NCBI GenBank assembly: GCA_963797555.1
Contig: CAWCPV010000003.1
Location: forward strand, 800,001-864,000
Source of the DNA: an uncultured Gammaproteobacteria bacterium
GTDB taxonomy: Bacteria; Pseudomonadota; Gammaproteobacteria; CAWCPV01
Direction: 5' to 3'
Length of the DNA: 64,000 bases
The position numbers and the translations under genes are program-made. Positions 28,274-40,349 of this stretch are shown piece after piece. Numbering within the stretch: the first letter of the stretch is position 1; every line of letters starts with the position of its first letter. Below the pieces are notes generated by a model. It ran no database searches. It was not told the DNA's origin and worked only from the letters and a program-made list of their open reading frames with translations.

Positions 28274-31200
28274 TCACTCCTCCGGCTCATACCCCAGCCA
28301 CGGCCCGAGCCAGCGCTCCGCGGTCCGCACGTCCATGCCCTTGCGCCGGGCGTAGTCCTGCACTTGGTCCCGGTACACCCGGCCGACCCCGAAGTAGCGC
28401 GACTGCGGATGGGAGAAATACCAGCCGCTCACCGAAGCGGCAGGGTGCATGGCGAGGCTTTCGGTGAGGTGGATATCGGCGCTCCGGTCGGCGTCCAGCA
28501 AGCGCCACAGCGTCGCCTTCTCGGTGTGGTCTGGGCAGGCCGGATAGCCCGGTGCGGGGCGGATGCCCTGGTATTCCTCGCGGATCAGGGCCTCGTTCGC
28601 CAGGTGCTCCTCCGGAACATAGGCCCACAGCTCTTTACGCACCCGCTCGTGGAGGCGCTCGGCAAATGCCTCCGCCAGCCGGTCCGCGAGCGCCTTCAGC
28701 AGGATGCTGCTGTAGTGGTCATGGTCGGCCTCGAAGCGCGCCGCCCGTTCCTCGACGCCGATCCCGGTGGTGACCGCGAACGCCCCGAGGTAGTCGGGCA
28801 CCCCGGTCTCTTTGGGGGCCAAGAAGTCGCTCAGGCACAGATTCGGGTTGCCGCGGGGCTTCTCGCCCTGCTGGCGCAAGTGGTGCAGGGTCATGACGAC
28901 CCCGCGGCGCGACTCGTCGGTGTAGACCTCGATGTCGTCGTCGCCGATGCTGTTGGCTGGAAACAGCCCGACGACCCCATGGGCGCTGAGCCAACCTTCT
29001 TCCACGATGCGTCGCAGCATGCGCTGCGCGTCGTCGTAGAGACGGCACGCTTCCTCGCCCGCCTCCGGGTCCTCGAGGATCTTGGGGAAGCTCCCCCGCA
29101 TCTCCCAGGCGTGGAAGAACGGGGTCCAGTCGATGAGTCCCACCAGTTCGTCCAGAGGGTAATCGCGCAGGGCGCGCACCTCCAGCCGCTGCGGGCGGGG
29201 CGGCCGGTAGCTGCTCCAGTCGAGCGCCAGCTTGTTGCGGCGCGCGTCCGCGAGCGGCACCCACTTTTCCTTGCGCTGGCGCCTCTGGTGCTGAACGCGC
29301 ACTTGCTCGTATTCCGCCCGGATGTCCTGGGCGAAGGTGTCCTTCAGGGTTTCGCTCACCAGGCTGGTGGCGACCCCGACTGCGCGGGAGGCGTCCTTCA
29401 CGTACACCGTCGTGCCGCGGTAGTGGGGAGCGATCTTGACGGCGGTATGCACGCGAGAGGTGGTCGCCCCGCCGATCAGCAGCGGCACCTCGAATGCCTC
29501 GCGCTCCATTTCCCGCGCCACGTGGGACATCTCGTCCAGGGAAGGCGTGATGAGGCCGGACAGGCCGATCATGTCCGCCCCCTCGCGCCGCGCCGTCTCC
29601 AGGATCTTCTCGGCGGGCACCATTACGCCCAGGTCGATCACCTCGAAGTTGTTGCAGGACAGCACCACGCCCACGATGTTCTTGCCGATGTCGTGCACGT
29701 CCCCCTTCACGGTCGCGAGCAGGATCTTGCCGTTGGAGCGCGGCGCACCGCTCGCGCTCTCCGCCTCGATGAACGGGATGAGGTAAGCCACCCCCTTCTT
29801 CATCACGCGGGCGCTCTTCACCACCTGCGGCAGGAACATCTTGCCGGCCCCGAACAGGTCCCCGACCACGTTCATGCCGTCCATCAAGGGACCTTCGATC
29901 ACCTGGATGGTGCGTTCGTAGCGGTGGCGGGCCTCCTCAACGTCCTGCTCGATGTAATCGGCGATGCCCTTCACCAGGGCGTGGCGCAGCCGCTCCGCGA
30001 CCGCGGCATCGCGCCACGCGAGGTCCTTGGCCTCGGCGCGCGCCCCCTGCCCCTTGATGGACTCGGCGAGATCCAGCAGCCGCTCCGTGGCGTCGGGGCG
30101 CCTATTCAGCAGCACATCCTCGATACGCTCCAGGAGGTCCCTGGGGATTTCCTCGTAGACCGCGAGCTGGCCGGCGTTGACGATGCCCAGGTCCATGCCG
30201 GCTGCGATGGCGTGGTACAGGAACCCCGCGTGCATCGCTTCCCGCATCGCGTTGTTGCCGCGAAACGAGAAGGAGATGTTGCTGACGCCGCCGCTCACCT
30301 TGGCGTGGGGGAGCCTGCGCTTGATCTCCCGGGTCGCTTCGATGAAGGCAACCGCGTAGCCGTTGTGCTCCTCGATGCCGGTCGCGACGGCGAAGATGTT
30401 GGGGTCGAAGAGGATGTCCTGCGGCGCGAAGCCGGCCTTATCGATAAGGAGCCGGTAGGCGCGGGAGCAGATTTCCACCTTGCGCTCTTTAGTGTCCGCT
30501 TGCCCGCGCTCGTCGAAGGCCATGACCAGCGCCGCAGCGCCGTAGCGGTGCACCAGCTTGGCGTGCTCCAGGAAGGCCCCCTCCCCTTCCTTGAGGCTGA
30601 TGGAGTTGACGATGCCCTTGCCCTGCAGGCACTTGAGGCCCTCTTCGAGGACCGACCACTTGGAGGAGTCCAGCATCACCGGGACCCGCGAGATGTCCGG
30701 CTCGGCCGCGACCAAGTTGAGGAACTGGCGCATGGCCGCCTCGGAATCCAGCATCGCCTCGTCCATGTTGACGTCGATGACCTGGGCGCCGCTCTCCACC
30801 TGGCTGCGCGCCACGTCCAGGGCGGCCTCGTAGTCGCCGTCCACGATGAGCTGGCGGAACTTGGCGGAGCCGGTCACGTTGGTGCGCTCGCCGATGTTCA
30901 CGAACAGGCTGCCGGGTCCGATGTTAAGCGGCTCCAGGCCGCTCAGGCGGGTCATCACGTGGATGCTTGGAATCTTGCGCGGCGGGACTCCGCCGATGGC
31001 CTCGCGGATGGCTGCGATGTGCGCCGGCGTGGTGCCGCAGCACCCGCCCACGATGTTGATGAATCCCCGGCTCGCAAACTCCCGGATGATGCCCGCCATG
31101 TGCTCCGGGGTCTCGTCGTACTCCCCGAACTCGTTGGGGAGCCCCGCGTTGGGGTGGGTGCTCACCAGCGTGTCGGCCACCCGGGATAGCTCCTCCACGT

Positions 31201-31972
31201 GCGGCCGGAGCTGCTCGGCGCCCAGGGCGCAATTGAGTCCCACGCTGAACGGCCGGGCGTGGGCCACCGAATTCCAGAACGCCTCCACCGTCTGGCCGGA
31301 GAGGGTGCGCCCGCTGGCGTCGGTGATGGTGACCGAGATCATGACGGGCAACCGCGCCCCGCTCGCTTCGAAGAACTGTTCCAGGGCGAACAGAGCGGCC
31401 TTGCAGTTCAGGGTGTCGAACACCGTCTCCACCAGCAGCAGGTCCGCGCCCCCGTCGACCAGGCCGCGGGCCGCCTCGGCGTACGCTGCAACCAACTGGT
31501 CGAAGCTCACGTTGCGGAAGGCCGGGTTGTTCACGTCCGGCGAGAGGGACGCGGTGCGGTTGGTGGGGCCGAGCACGCCCGCGACAAAACGGGGTCGCTC
31601 CGGAGTCTCGGCCTCCACCTCCCGGGCGGCATCCCGCGCCAGCGCCGCTGCCGTGCGGTTCAGCTCGTAGACCAAGTGTTCGGTGCCGTAGTCGCTCTGC
31701 GATATGGCGGTGGAATTGAAGGTGTTGGTCTCGAGGATGTCCGCCCCGGCGCGCAGATAGGCGAGGTGGATCTCCCGGACGACATCTGCTCGGGTGAGGA
31801 CCAGCAGATCGTTGTTACCCGTCAACGGTCGCGGGTGCTCAGCGAAACGGCTGCCCCGGAAGTCGTCTTCGCCCAGCCGGTGGTGCTGGATCATGGTCCC
31901 CATGGCCCCGTCCAAAAGCAGGATGCGTCGGGGAAGGTCTTCCTGGAGACGGCGCAGGCGGGATGAAAACAT
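28274..31972 (-). CDS. metH: B12-dependent methionine synthase
   Basis: [55 protein letters not shown]. Confidence 0.97.
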   Translation of the reverse strand: MFSSRLRRLQEDLPRRILLLDGAMGTMIQHHRLGEDDFRGSRFAEHPRPLTGNNDLLVLTRADVVREIHLAYLRAGADILETNTFNSTAISQSDYGTEHLVYELNRTAAALARDAAREVEAETPERPRFVAGVLGPTNRTASLSPDVNNPAFRNVSFDQLVAAYAEAARGLVDGGADLLLVETVFDTLNCKAALFALEQFFEASGARLPVMISVTITDASGRTLSGQTVEAFWNSVAHARPFSVGLNCALGAEQLRPHVEELSRVADTLVSTHPNAGLPNEFGEYDETPEHMAGIIREFASRGFINIVGGCCGTTPAHIAAIREAIGGVPPRKIPSIHVMTRLSGLEPLNIGPGSLFVNIGERTNVTGSAKFRQLIVDGDYEAALDVARSQVESGAQVIDVNMDEAMLDSEAAMRQFLNLVAAEPDISRVPVMLDSSKWSVLEEGLKCLQGKGIVNSISLKEGEGAFLEHAKLVHRYGAAALVMAFDERGQADTKERKVEICSRAYRLLIDKAGFAPQDILFDPNIFAVATGIEEHNGYAVAFIEATREIKRRLPHAKVSGGVSNISFSFRGNNAMREAMHAGFLYHAIAAGMDLGIVNAGQLAVYEEIPRDLLERIEDVLLNRRPDATERLLDLAESIKGQGARAEAKDLAWRDAAVAERLRHALVKGIADYIEQDVEEARHRYERTIQVIEGPLMDGMNVVGDLFGAGKMFLPQVVKSARVMKKGVAYLIPFIEAESASGAPRSNGKILLATVKGDVHDIGKNIVGVVLSCNNFEVIDLGVMVPAEKILETARREGADMIGLSGLITPSLDEMSHVAREMEREAFEVPLLIGGATTSRVHTAVKIAPHYRGTTVYVKDASRAVGVATSLVSETLKDTFAQDIRAEYEQVRVQHQRRQRKEKWVPLADARRNKLALDWSSYRPPRPQRLEVRALRDYPLDELVGLIDWTPFFHAWEMRGSFPKILEDPEAGEEACRLYDDAQRMLRRIVEEGWLSAHGVVGLFPANSIGDDDIEVYTDESRRGVVMTLHHLRQQGEKPRGNPNLCLSDFLAPKETGVPDYLGAFAVTTGIGVEERAARFEADHDHYSSILLKALADRLAEAFAERLHERVRKELWAYVPEEHLANEALIREEYQGIRPAPGYPACPDHTEKATLWRLLDADRSADIHLTESLAMHPAASVSGWYFSHPQSRYFGVGRVYRDQVQDYARRKGMDVRTAERWLGPWLGYEPEE

Positions 31973-32185
31973 GAGGCGGGGTCGCGGTCGTCGGAGTGCG
32001 TGCAGTGACGCCATTATACGATTATACGCGCTGCGCTGCTGGCCGCAGGGCGTCCAGCCCTCTCGGGTCCCCGGCTGGCAAGCTTGCCCCCAGCCGGCTG
32101 GCGCCCTCGCGCCCCGCACGCCGAACTATCCTTGCACGGAAACACGGAAAGGGAGAAGACCGAGTGACGTCACCGGGGCGATGTG

Positions 32186-32609
32186 ATGACGATTCCAATA
32201 CTGGCAACAGCATGCTCCGGTTTATTTGGCGGGGCTGCTCTGTACATCGCCGCCGTAGAGCATCCGCTCGGATCGAGGCAGGGACCGGTCGCCTTGACCC
32301 AGTGGGCACCCGAGCTACAAACGGGCCGTTCTCACGCAGGCGCCGCTCGCCGCTCTCGGCATGATTTCCTCGGCCGCAGCTTGGTTCGAAAACTCCGGCG
32401 TGGGGTGGCTAGTTTCAGCCATCGCGCTCGCCGCGATTATCGGGTTCACGTTACTGGGTATCTTCCCCACCAACAAACGCCTGTTAGATTCCAGCCTGGC
32501 CGCGGATTTCCCGGAGGCGACGGAGCTCCTGGTCCGCTGGGTAAGACTACACGCCGCCAGAACTGCACTGGGTTTGGCGGCTCTCGCCGCCTGCCTGATT
32601 TCCATCTGA
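32186..32609 (+). CDS. DUF1772/anthrone-oxygenase-like membrane protein, frameshift near 32310
   Basis: GLFGGAALYIAAVEHP...FTLLGIFPTNKRLL...LLVRWVRLHAART. Confidence 0.7.
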
Positions 32610-33642
32610 TGGGCATTGGTCCGAACCCTGCTATCGGTCCGCTCTGTGATCCTTCGGCCTCATGTGGTCCAGGTCGAGTCTGGGGTGATTCTCCTGCTCT
32701 ACTACATCGGGCTTGCCCCGCGGGGCCATGGCGAAGATCGGAGACCCTTCATATCAGCCGCAACAACGGAAGGGACCGCGCCCAGACGCCACGCAGGAGC
32801 TGCGTGAGGCACTTGTCGATGTTGAACTGCCGGAAGAAAAACCCTATCCCGAGCGGGTCGATGTTGGCGATGTCCGAGATCACTCCCTCGATGTCGTGCC
32901 CCAGATCCCGCCCGACAGAGTCATTTCGCGCCAAGATCAGGCGCTCGTCGGGCTTCTGGATCCATATGCCGTCCAGGTCCAGGGTGTCGTCATGTGACCA
33001 GACGATGCCGCGCAGCGCCGTCGAGGTTCTTCTTGTTCGGAAGGGATGGCCGGGTACGAGGCCACCACACCGGTCGCGCGCGGGCGGCCGGCGACCTTGA
33101 CCATGCGCAGGGCTCCTTCGGTGGAGCTGGCGCTCGCTAGAGCGTACGTCGAGATCGCGCCGCCCGCGGCTTCGACGGCCTGCATGAAATAGCGGGCGCG
33201 TTCCGGGTAGGACATCCTGCCCAGCTCGACCCGACTCCGATGACGGCGCCATCGATGCCGTTCTCGATGACGTATTGCAGCAGGCGCGCCGTGCTCTAGC
33301 GGCTGATGGGATACTGCGCTCTCTGGTGAGTGGCAGCGCGGCTGTCGAGGGGCAATGGCCAGGTTGGCGAACACCTGGAATCCGGGCCGAGCAGGCATAC
33401 ACGAGTCCTCCAGAACACAACAATCGGCCGCGACCGGAACGGCTTCGGGGTCACGGGCACGGGAAGCACCTCTAGGCCCGACCAGGCCCGATGGCGGCGG
33501 TTCACGTTCCCCGCATCCCAACCGCGATCGCGCGGTGTCAGTATGACTCCATACGCCGCGACCCTGCACCATCCAGCGGCGCTTTCCGCGGCCACGGGTG
33601 GCAGCGCGTTCGGGAGCCGAGACGGCTTGCCCGATGAATTGA

Positions 33643-34596
33643 CTACGTTCGCCAGTCCGAAGGCCGGTAAGGGCCGCTGCGACGTAGCACCGCATCCCTG
33701 ATGCCTGCCAGCATCAGGGCGAGGTTTTGGGCGCGGGGAGGAACGAGAAGGGAGAAATAAACGAATTTGAAGGCCAGACGGAAAATGTCGTGGAATTTCC
33801 AGGCCAGTGGGCAGTACGAACGGAAGTAGAGGGCGATCCGGTTGCGGGTGATGTAGTATTGGCGCAAGGGGCTGTGGAGGTAGATGGGGCCGAGCTGCTT
33901 CAGCCCGGGCAGAAAGGCAGTGGCATCGCCGAGTTGGTGCTGTAATTCCGCGGCACATACCCCGAAGAACAAATAGCCATGGGCCCGGGCGCGAAAGCAC
34001 CATTCCAGGTCGATATTGTCGATGAACAGTTCCTCTTCCGGCAATCCGACTTCCTCGTAGACCGCAAGCGGCGTCAGCATGCCGGAGGAGACGACAAAAT
34101 CGGTGTGGATGTAGGGCACCCCATTCGTGCAGGAGTACTTCTTGACCTTCCTGAAAGAAAAACGGGCGAAGGGAATCGCTACGTCCCCGCGTCTCGACAT
34201 GAGCCGCGGTCCGACCGCTGCGACCCTCGCACCGCGTTGCTGCAAGTCCTCGAGAGCGGACAACAATCGGAGAACCATGTCGCCTGCGGGGAGACTGTCG
34301 TCGTCCAAGAGGATGACGTGGCTTGCTCCCTGCTCTCTGGCCCACCGGATACCTTGGCTTTGGGCCGCGGCCAGTCCACGGTTTTCAGGGAAACAGAGGA
34401 GGGTGACAGCCGCATAGGTATCCGCGAATCCCTGCAGTTGCCCCAGGAGGTCGAGCCCCGAGCCGTTGTCGATGAGCAGCAGCCGGTCGAGCTGGGGCAG
34501 GCACGTCTGGACCAGGCGCAATAGGGATGTGGGGTCCGGATGATAGCTTACGATGACTCCCACGACCCGCCGATGTACCGCCACGCCGCCAGCCAT
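33643..34596 (-). CDS. GT2 glycosyltransferase (rhamnosyltransferase-like)
   Basis: LIDNGS, NRGLAAAQ, LLDDDS, LFIDNIDLEWCFRA, RQYYITRN. Confidence 0.9.
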   Translation of the reverse strand: MAGGVAVHRRVVGVIVSYHPDPTSLLRLVQTCLPQLDRLLLIDNGSGLDLLGQLQGFADTYAAVTLLCFPENRGLAAAQSQGIRWAREQGASHVILLDDDSLPAGDMVLRLLSALEDLQQRGARVAAVGPRLMSRRGDVAIPFARFSFRKVKKYSCTNGVPYIHTDFVVSSGMLTPLAVYEEVGLPEEELFIDNIDLEWCFRARAHGYLFFGVCAAELQHQLGDATAFLPGLKQLGPIYLHSPLRQYYITRNRIALYFRSYCPLAWKFHDIFRLAFKFVYFSLLVPPRAQNLALMLAGIRDAVLRRSGPYRPSDWRT

Positions 34597-34607
34597 GGGA
34601 AAGGCTC

Positions 34608-34825
34608 AGAGCTCGTGAAGAAATCGTCGCGAGCGGGCCGAGAACGAGGCGCAACGGGCGCACCGACGAGACAACTCGCAAACATAGGCGAGGGGCGGCC
34701 GAATGGCAGGATGGCCATTCGGCACGTCCGCGGGACGCCCCAAAGGGCTGGCGTACGGGGAGGTACGCCATGAACACCGCGCAACGCCGCTATCGGGACG
34801 CGCAGCAGATTTGTTCACGAGATCT
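34608..34825. mobile_element. MITE-like element (~218 bp)
   Basis: Imperfect 18 bp terminal inverted repeats AGAGCTCGTGAAGAAATC / GATTTGTTCACGAGATCT; internal hairpin TGGCGTAC-loop-GTACGCCA. Confidence 0.7.
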
Positions 34826-35051
34826 CACTCCCTGAGTATGTTCCCGGCGTGGGTTTGCACCCTTGACAGAGCCTGGATGAGACCGGGCACCCGGTGCAGT
34901 AAGAGAACGAAAAGCTCCTCCCACAGCCGGGGTCGGACGATGATGTGCTGCCGCCTTCTGGCGTTGATGACGCGCCAAGTCATCCAGACCTTGATGTGCT
35001 GGACGCCGTTGCAGCGAGCGAGATCTCCGTCTTTTTTGAAAAAGACTTGTT

Positions 35052-38000
35052 TCATGGACGCGCTCTGGTAACGTCCAAGTAACGCATCAGGGCGTTCAAA
35101 GCGGGTATGTCCAAGAGCCGGGCACTTCCGTACATCCAGTTGGAATTGCGCAGTCGCTGCTTGAGACTGCGGGGGATCAGCAGGCTTCGCCAACTGAGGC
35201 GATCCCGGTTGAGATCGAGCACATCGTCATGACCGAAGTCCTCCGAGTGCGTGATCTGCATCAGCAGATCGGCCTCCTCTTTGGTGGGGAAGGAAACGAG
35301 GCGCTCCACCAAGGTCATGATGTAGGGACGAATATCATCGAGAGTGTATCCGGTGAGTGCGAGTGCGCGCGAGAACTCCTTGCAGAAATCCAGCACTCCG
35401 GCATGAAAGCGCTCGATCTTCGGATTCAGTCGGAGCTCCTCGAGCCGATCGGGGGCTTCGTCCCCCTTCAGGATCGGGACCACTTCGCCGGTGTCCTCCT
35501 TTCTCTCGTAGCCCACGGCGCTGGCGTGAAGCGCTCGCGCCCCCTCCTCGAAGACTTCTTCAAAACGGGAAAACCCGTCCTCCAGCCGGTTGTTGCGGCG
35601 GACATCGTAGAGCAGACCCCAGATCGTATTCCGAGACGGGTCGAAGTCGTGCTTGATTCCATGCACCCAGCCCATGTAGATACCGAATACGTGCGGATAG
35701 TCCCGTTCCTCGGCGAACGCTTTCTCGAAGTATCTTTGACAAGATCCGTTCCATCCGATGTCCACCAGCCCGATTTTGGTGCCGTTGAAAAAGCCGTTCC
35801 GGGCGAGATAACCTCTGAGTAGCTCTCGCTGGCAGCGCACGTTGCGGACGACGATGGCCTGGAACTCGGGGTCCGCGATGAGAACGTCTGAACTGATCCG
35901 AGTCCCAGTCAGGGATAGGCTGATCGACACTCTCATAGCCATGCTTCCTCGCAAGCGCATCGAACTGCTCCGGCGGCAAGTCGAAGGTCCTGCAAAGCGA
36001 GTAGAGCCCTCTTTGCTTGGGATTGTGCAGAGGAGCGAGAACCATCTCGTAGTCAAGACCCTTGTACATGGCGGCAGGGGCCGCGGATTTTCGCGACACA
36101 TAAAGATACACGGTCTCAGGAATCGCGCTCTGCGCCAAGAGTCTGGGCGCGAGGATATGAAAGATCCGCAAAAACAGGTGACCTTCCCTGGCCAGGAAGA
36201 ACAGCCGAGGAATAGCGTGTGCCCGCGCCTTCTCGATGACTCCGAGGATAAAGGCAGAGTATACCGGTCCCAGGAATGAAAAGCCGAAATCGTAAAAGAA
36301 GTCCTGGCGCGGCGGCGTGCGGATCAACTGCAGCAGATGGCGTCCTCGCCAATAAGGGTTCTTCGCGGTGAGCCAGGCATAGCCGCGAAGCAGCAAGCGT
36401 CGACGATTGCTCTTGGTATCGTCCAGGTGAACCGCGCGGATACCCATCGCGGTCGGGGAAGCATGATCGGAATGGTGGTTATCCCCAACATGGACCATGG
36501 CGTGAGGCGTGATCCCCTCCGCCTCGAGCACGTGCCGGAACAGACGGCCGCTGTATTTGCCCTTGCCCGTCTCGGAGGAAACGTAGATGGCATCGAAATA
36601 GACGGCCAATCCCTTGTCGGCCAAGATCGCCTGTAGGTGCTCCCTGTCCAGATACATGTCGGAAACGGCGATAACCCGCTTGCCCTGGCCCTTGATCCAG
36701 GTCAGAAGCTTCGTGATCCCGGGCTTGGGGTACAGAACCGCCGTTTCCGCCCGCAGCTCCTCGGCGACGATGGCACCCGCGAGGGTATGATCCCGCCGGC
36801 CCAGCAGATCGATCGCCAGTCGGTCGGCCAGATCGGAAAAGAGGTATTCGTGGTCGAGCCCCTCGTTTACCCGGCGCTGCCTGAGGCTGCCCTCGATCCG
36901 ATGCCGAAGACCCAGGATCGTCGTTGACGTGATGTTCCTGGAATAGGCCGTGGCGAGGTGGTCGGACAGGCGGCGCGCCGCGAGCAGCTTGACATGATCG
37001 GGCGGATCGACTTCCCGCTCCAAGACTGTATCGAAGATGTCGAAGGAAATGACTTGCAGCGGCTCGATGCATTGGCCCAATACCTGCCTCAGCGTATCGA
37101 TGTCCTTGACCGAGGTGATGCCTGCAGTGCGTTTGGCCAGGTAACCATTCATGCGGCTCTTGAGCAGCCGGAAAGGGAAGGTGAGCGCCAAGCCGAGCGC
37201 CAGGCTGCGCGAGGCGAGGAGAACGGCGTGATCCCGCTGGAGGTGATCATGAGCCTGCTGCAGCGCGGTGTGGGAGCGCTCCAGAACGCCAAGCTGTTGC
37301 TGGGTCACGTCCAGACAGGCCGCGGTCTCGGCAGCGACGGCCTGGGTCCGTGCCAGATCCCCGTGCAGTCGTGCAGCGTCACTCTGCAGCCGTGCAGCGT
37401 CGCTCTGGAGTCGTGCAAGCTCCCCACGTAAGCGGCCGCACTCCTGATCCAGGCCGTCAATGATAGCCCACTTGCGTGCCCCATCAAGCTTTGTGATATA
37501 TCGTTTGATCTTGTCCAGATGCGCAAGGGGCTTGCCGAGGTCCGGACCATAAACCTCGTTGATTGCCGTCCTGAGGAAAAAGAACGTTTCGACGTTCGCC
37601 TTCAGTGGATTCCTCCGGATGGCATTGGACCCGTGCAGACGATAATCGAGGAGCTTGTCGCCCACCAGAAACCCGAATCTCGGACCGAGCCGCAGTGCCG
37701 CCCGGAAGGCATACTCGTAGTCGTGGATATACTGGTAGGGTCGCAGCTTGCCGAGGAGGCGAGCGCACTCCCGGGAGAAGAAGAAGTTGGAGGTCGTGAT
37801 GGCATAATTACCCGAGAGAAACGCGGTGGCGGGGCTGTTTGCCAGGGTAAATTCACGTTTCAGGTCCTCGTACCAGCCTAGCGACCAATGGGCAGGATCG
37901 TCGACCAGCGCTGAGTGCTCGTCGATCAGATTGATGTCGGACAAGAGGAACTGCTTGTCCTGCCGAGCAGCCTCCCCAATCAGCCGCTCGATTCTCCCGG

Positions 38001-38284
38001 GGTGGAAGCGGTCGTCGGAATTGATGATGGCGAGAAAGCTGCCCTTTGCCTCGGCAATGCCGCGGTTGATGGCATGGTGAGCACCACGGTTCGTCTGCTC
38101 GAAATAGCGGATACGCGCATCGGAAAAACCCTGGGCAATCTCGCCGGTTTTGTCGTGAGACCCGTCATTGACAACGACCAGCTCGAGGTCCTCGTAAGTC
38201 TGATCCAAAACGCTGGTGATTGCCTCGCTCACATACCGCTCATGTGCGGGCATCACCACGGAAACCAACGGCTCGGACGTTCAT
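35052..38284 (-). CDS. GT2 + coiled-coil + HAD-like hydrolase fusion (surface polysaccharide), frameshifts near 35880 and the start
   Basis: VSVVMP..VVNDGS..INSDD (GT2); ISFDIFDTVL, SDMYL, HVGDN (HAD); FFLAREG and LVDIGWNGS C-terminal region. Confidence 0.82.
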
Positions 38285-38619
38285 GACCCTCGTTTCTGTT
38301 CGGACTCCAAACGGAAGATTTTTGCGCGTATCAGCATACCAGAAAACTGCAGACCGGGCCTAAGCGCTCGTGGCGGGTTTCGCCGCCCCCGAACATGAAG
38401 GATGCTGCGGCGCCATGGCCGATCCATCACCCAGCCATCTCCCGCAAGGGGACGATGGGGATTTTAGGGCGCCTTCGGCGCATTTTCACATTGACGACCG
38501 CGACATGTTCGCGATGTTCCTCGAGAGTGAGGTCTCGGGAGAGGAAGGGCCTCCACGTCGCAGGCGAAGCCCAGATGTCCAAGTCTCCTCGAGCCAGGTT
38601 AAAAGTGTGGCTGATCTTG

Positions 38620-40345
38620 GATCTTGAGTCAAGTTTGCGATCGGCGAGATTGGCTTCTTCGATGCGCCGGTACCACTGCGCTGCTGGCTTGGAGGAACGT
38701 GCGCGTGGCACGAGCGGGACTCGTGGGGAGGGAGAAGGTGAGCCGGAAAAAGCGGGTTCTTACCGGAATCGTGTGGGTAGATATGCTTACGCTGCGGCAG
38801 CCTCTGCCTGAGGTCTGACACAAGATCGTGTGTTGAACGGCGAGGCCGGCAAGTGGGCCAGGTTGCCCGCAATGAGGTAGGCGATGGTGATGAGCGAGCG
38901 CGTGGTGCGGTAGCCGCCAGTGTGGCCGATCAACCGGACAAAGTAGTTGTCGCCAACCGGTCAACGTAATTGTCGCTCTATACCCAGCTATACCAGCGCG
39001 TGAGCGCGGTCTCGGCCTGCTCGAGGGTGCTGGCCGTGGCGTAGATATCGCGCAGCGCCTCCTTGAGGCGCCAGGCGCGGGCGGTCTTGAGCCGGGCGCG
39101 GGAGAGCCAGTGAAAGTCGGTGAGCTGCTCCCAGGTCCAGTCGTGGGCGTCTTTGAGCCAGGTCCAGCGGGTGCCCCTGAGGGCGGGCTCGGTCTTGACC
39201 TCCTCGCGGCGCACTGTATCGACGGCCTGGTTGGCGAGCTGGATGACATGGAAGGCATCGAAGCTCACCGTGGCTTTAGGCAGATGCTTGGTCACCCCGG
39301 CGAGATAAGCGGCGGACAGGTCGATGCACACCTGCTCGATGGCCTGCGGGTCGCCCCCGTGCGCCTGGAGGTCGGCGGCAAAGGCCGCCACGGTGCTCTG
39401 GTCGCGGCCCTCGCAGGCGAACAGCAGGCGTTTGCCCGTGAGGTCATGGAACAGGCTGATGTAGTGCTGCCCACGCCGGGCGGCGGTCTCGTCCAGGCCC
39501 ACGGCGCGCACCGGGGAGTGGTCCTCCTGGGCGCGGGCCGCCTCCACGTAGTGCTCGAGCACCCCCCACAGGCGCTCATCGCCCACGCCCAGGTGCCGGG
39601 CGACGGTCGCCACCGGCATCGCCTGGCACAGCGTCACCACCAGTGCCTCCATCAGCGCCGTGAAGCCACTCTGTGCGCGCGCCCACGGCGGCTCGACCTG
39701 AGTCGTCTTGCCGCAGCTCTCACAGCGCACTCGCGGCAGATGCGCGTGCAGGTCTGCCCGTGACTTAAAGAAGCTCAGGTGCTGCCAGCTGCGCTTGCGG
39801 GTATCATGCACCGGCTGGCCTGGCGCTCCGCACGCCGGGCAGGCGAAGCGGCTCCCCTTGGCAAAGGCCACCTCGAGGTCGATGCGCCCAGCCTCGGGGT
39901 CAAAGCGTACGCCGGTGACTTCCCAAGGCGCCGTGAGACCCAGTGCCGTCGTGAATAGATGCGTTGGCTCCATGGCGCTCCCCCCTTGATGGCCTGTGGA
40001 TTTGTGGACGAGTCCTGCGGAGCGGCCCGCGTCCCAAGGACCGTGTGGACAACCTCCCGGTTGCCCACACTCGCGGGCCTCTCGCCCACAACCCCACAGG
40101 CCCAACCACAAGATGTTGTGATAGACGATTGCTCAGAACGGATGCTACTCGACCACCACGATCCACACAATTACCGAAAGAGCCAAAAAGCGTGCTTGGG
40201 GTGAAAAAGAGCGCGGTGCGCAGCCCCTCTGAGGTCACGGTGTAACGATGGGGCGCGGAGCCCTTTGGATAAGCTTGTGCAGGCGCAAGCGTCTCAGGTC
40301 GTACGTCATTTTCCCAGGGGAGTAGTGGGCAGGGCTCTCGCCCAC
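38620..40345 (-). pseudogene. Unclassified transposase-like C-terminal remnant interrupted by ISL3
   Basis: GKMTYDLRRLRLHKLIQR / HRYTVTSEGLRTALFFT right of ISL3, apparently continuing left of it. Confidence 0.45.
38755..40184 (-). mobile_element. ISL3-family insertion sequence (transposase from 39973, 3' part damaged)
   Basis: IRs GGTTCTTACCGGAATCGTGTGG / GGCTCTTTCGGTAATTGTGTGG; 8 bp TSD AAAAAGCG; CPACG Zn finger, GLDETAARRG, FDAFHVIQ. Confidence 0.92.
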
Positions 40346-40349
40346 CCGA

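Noticed and set aside
28364-31189. 941 aa plus-strand ORF (and similar long antisense ORFs at 19992-22295, 51243-53210 and 60738-62321)
   Set aside because: Antisense shadows of real high-GC genes with no recognisable motifs
31973-32180. SAM or cobalamin riboswitch upstream of metH
   Set aside because: No recognisable consensus elements by eye; needs an Rfam scan
32610-33640. Possible decayed genes or cassette boundary after DUF1772
   Set aside because: Coding-like fragments, but no assignable motif and no complementary core-site pair
37330-37420. Short tandem repeat (ARLQSDA)
   Set aside because: Ordinary coiled-coil heptad repeat inside the glycosyltransferase
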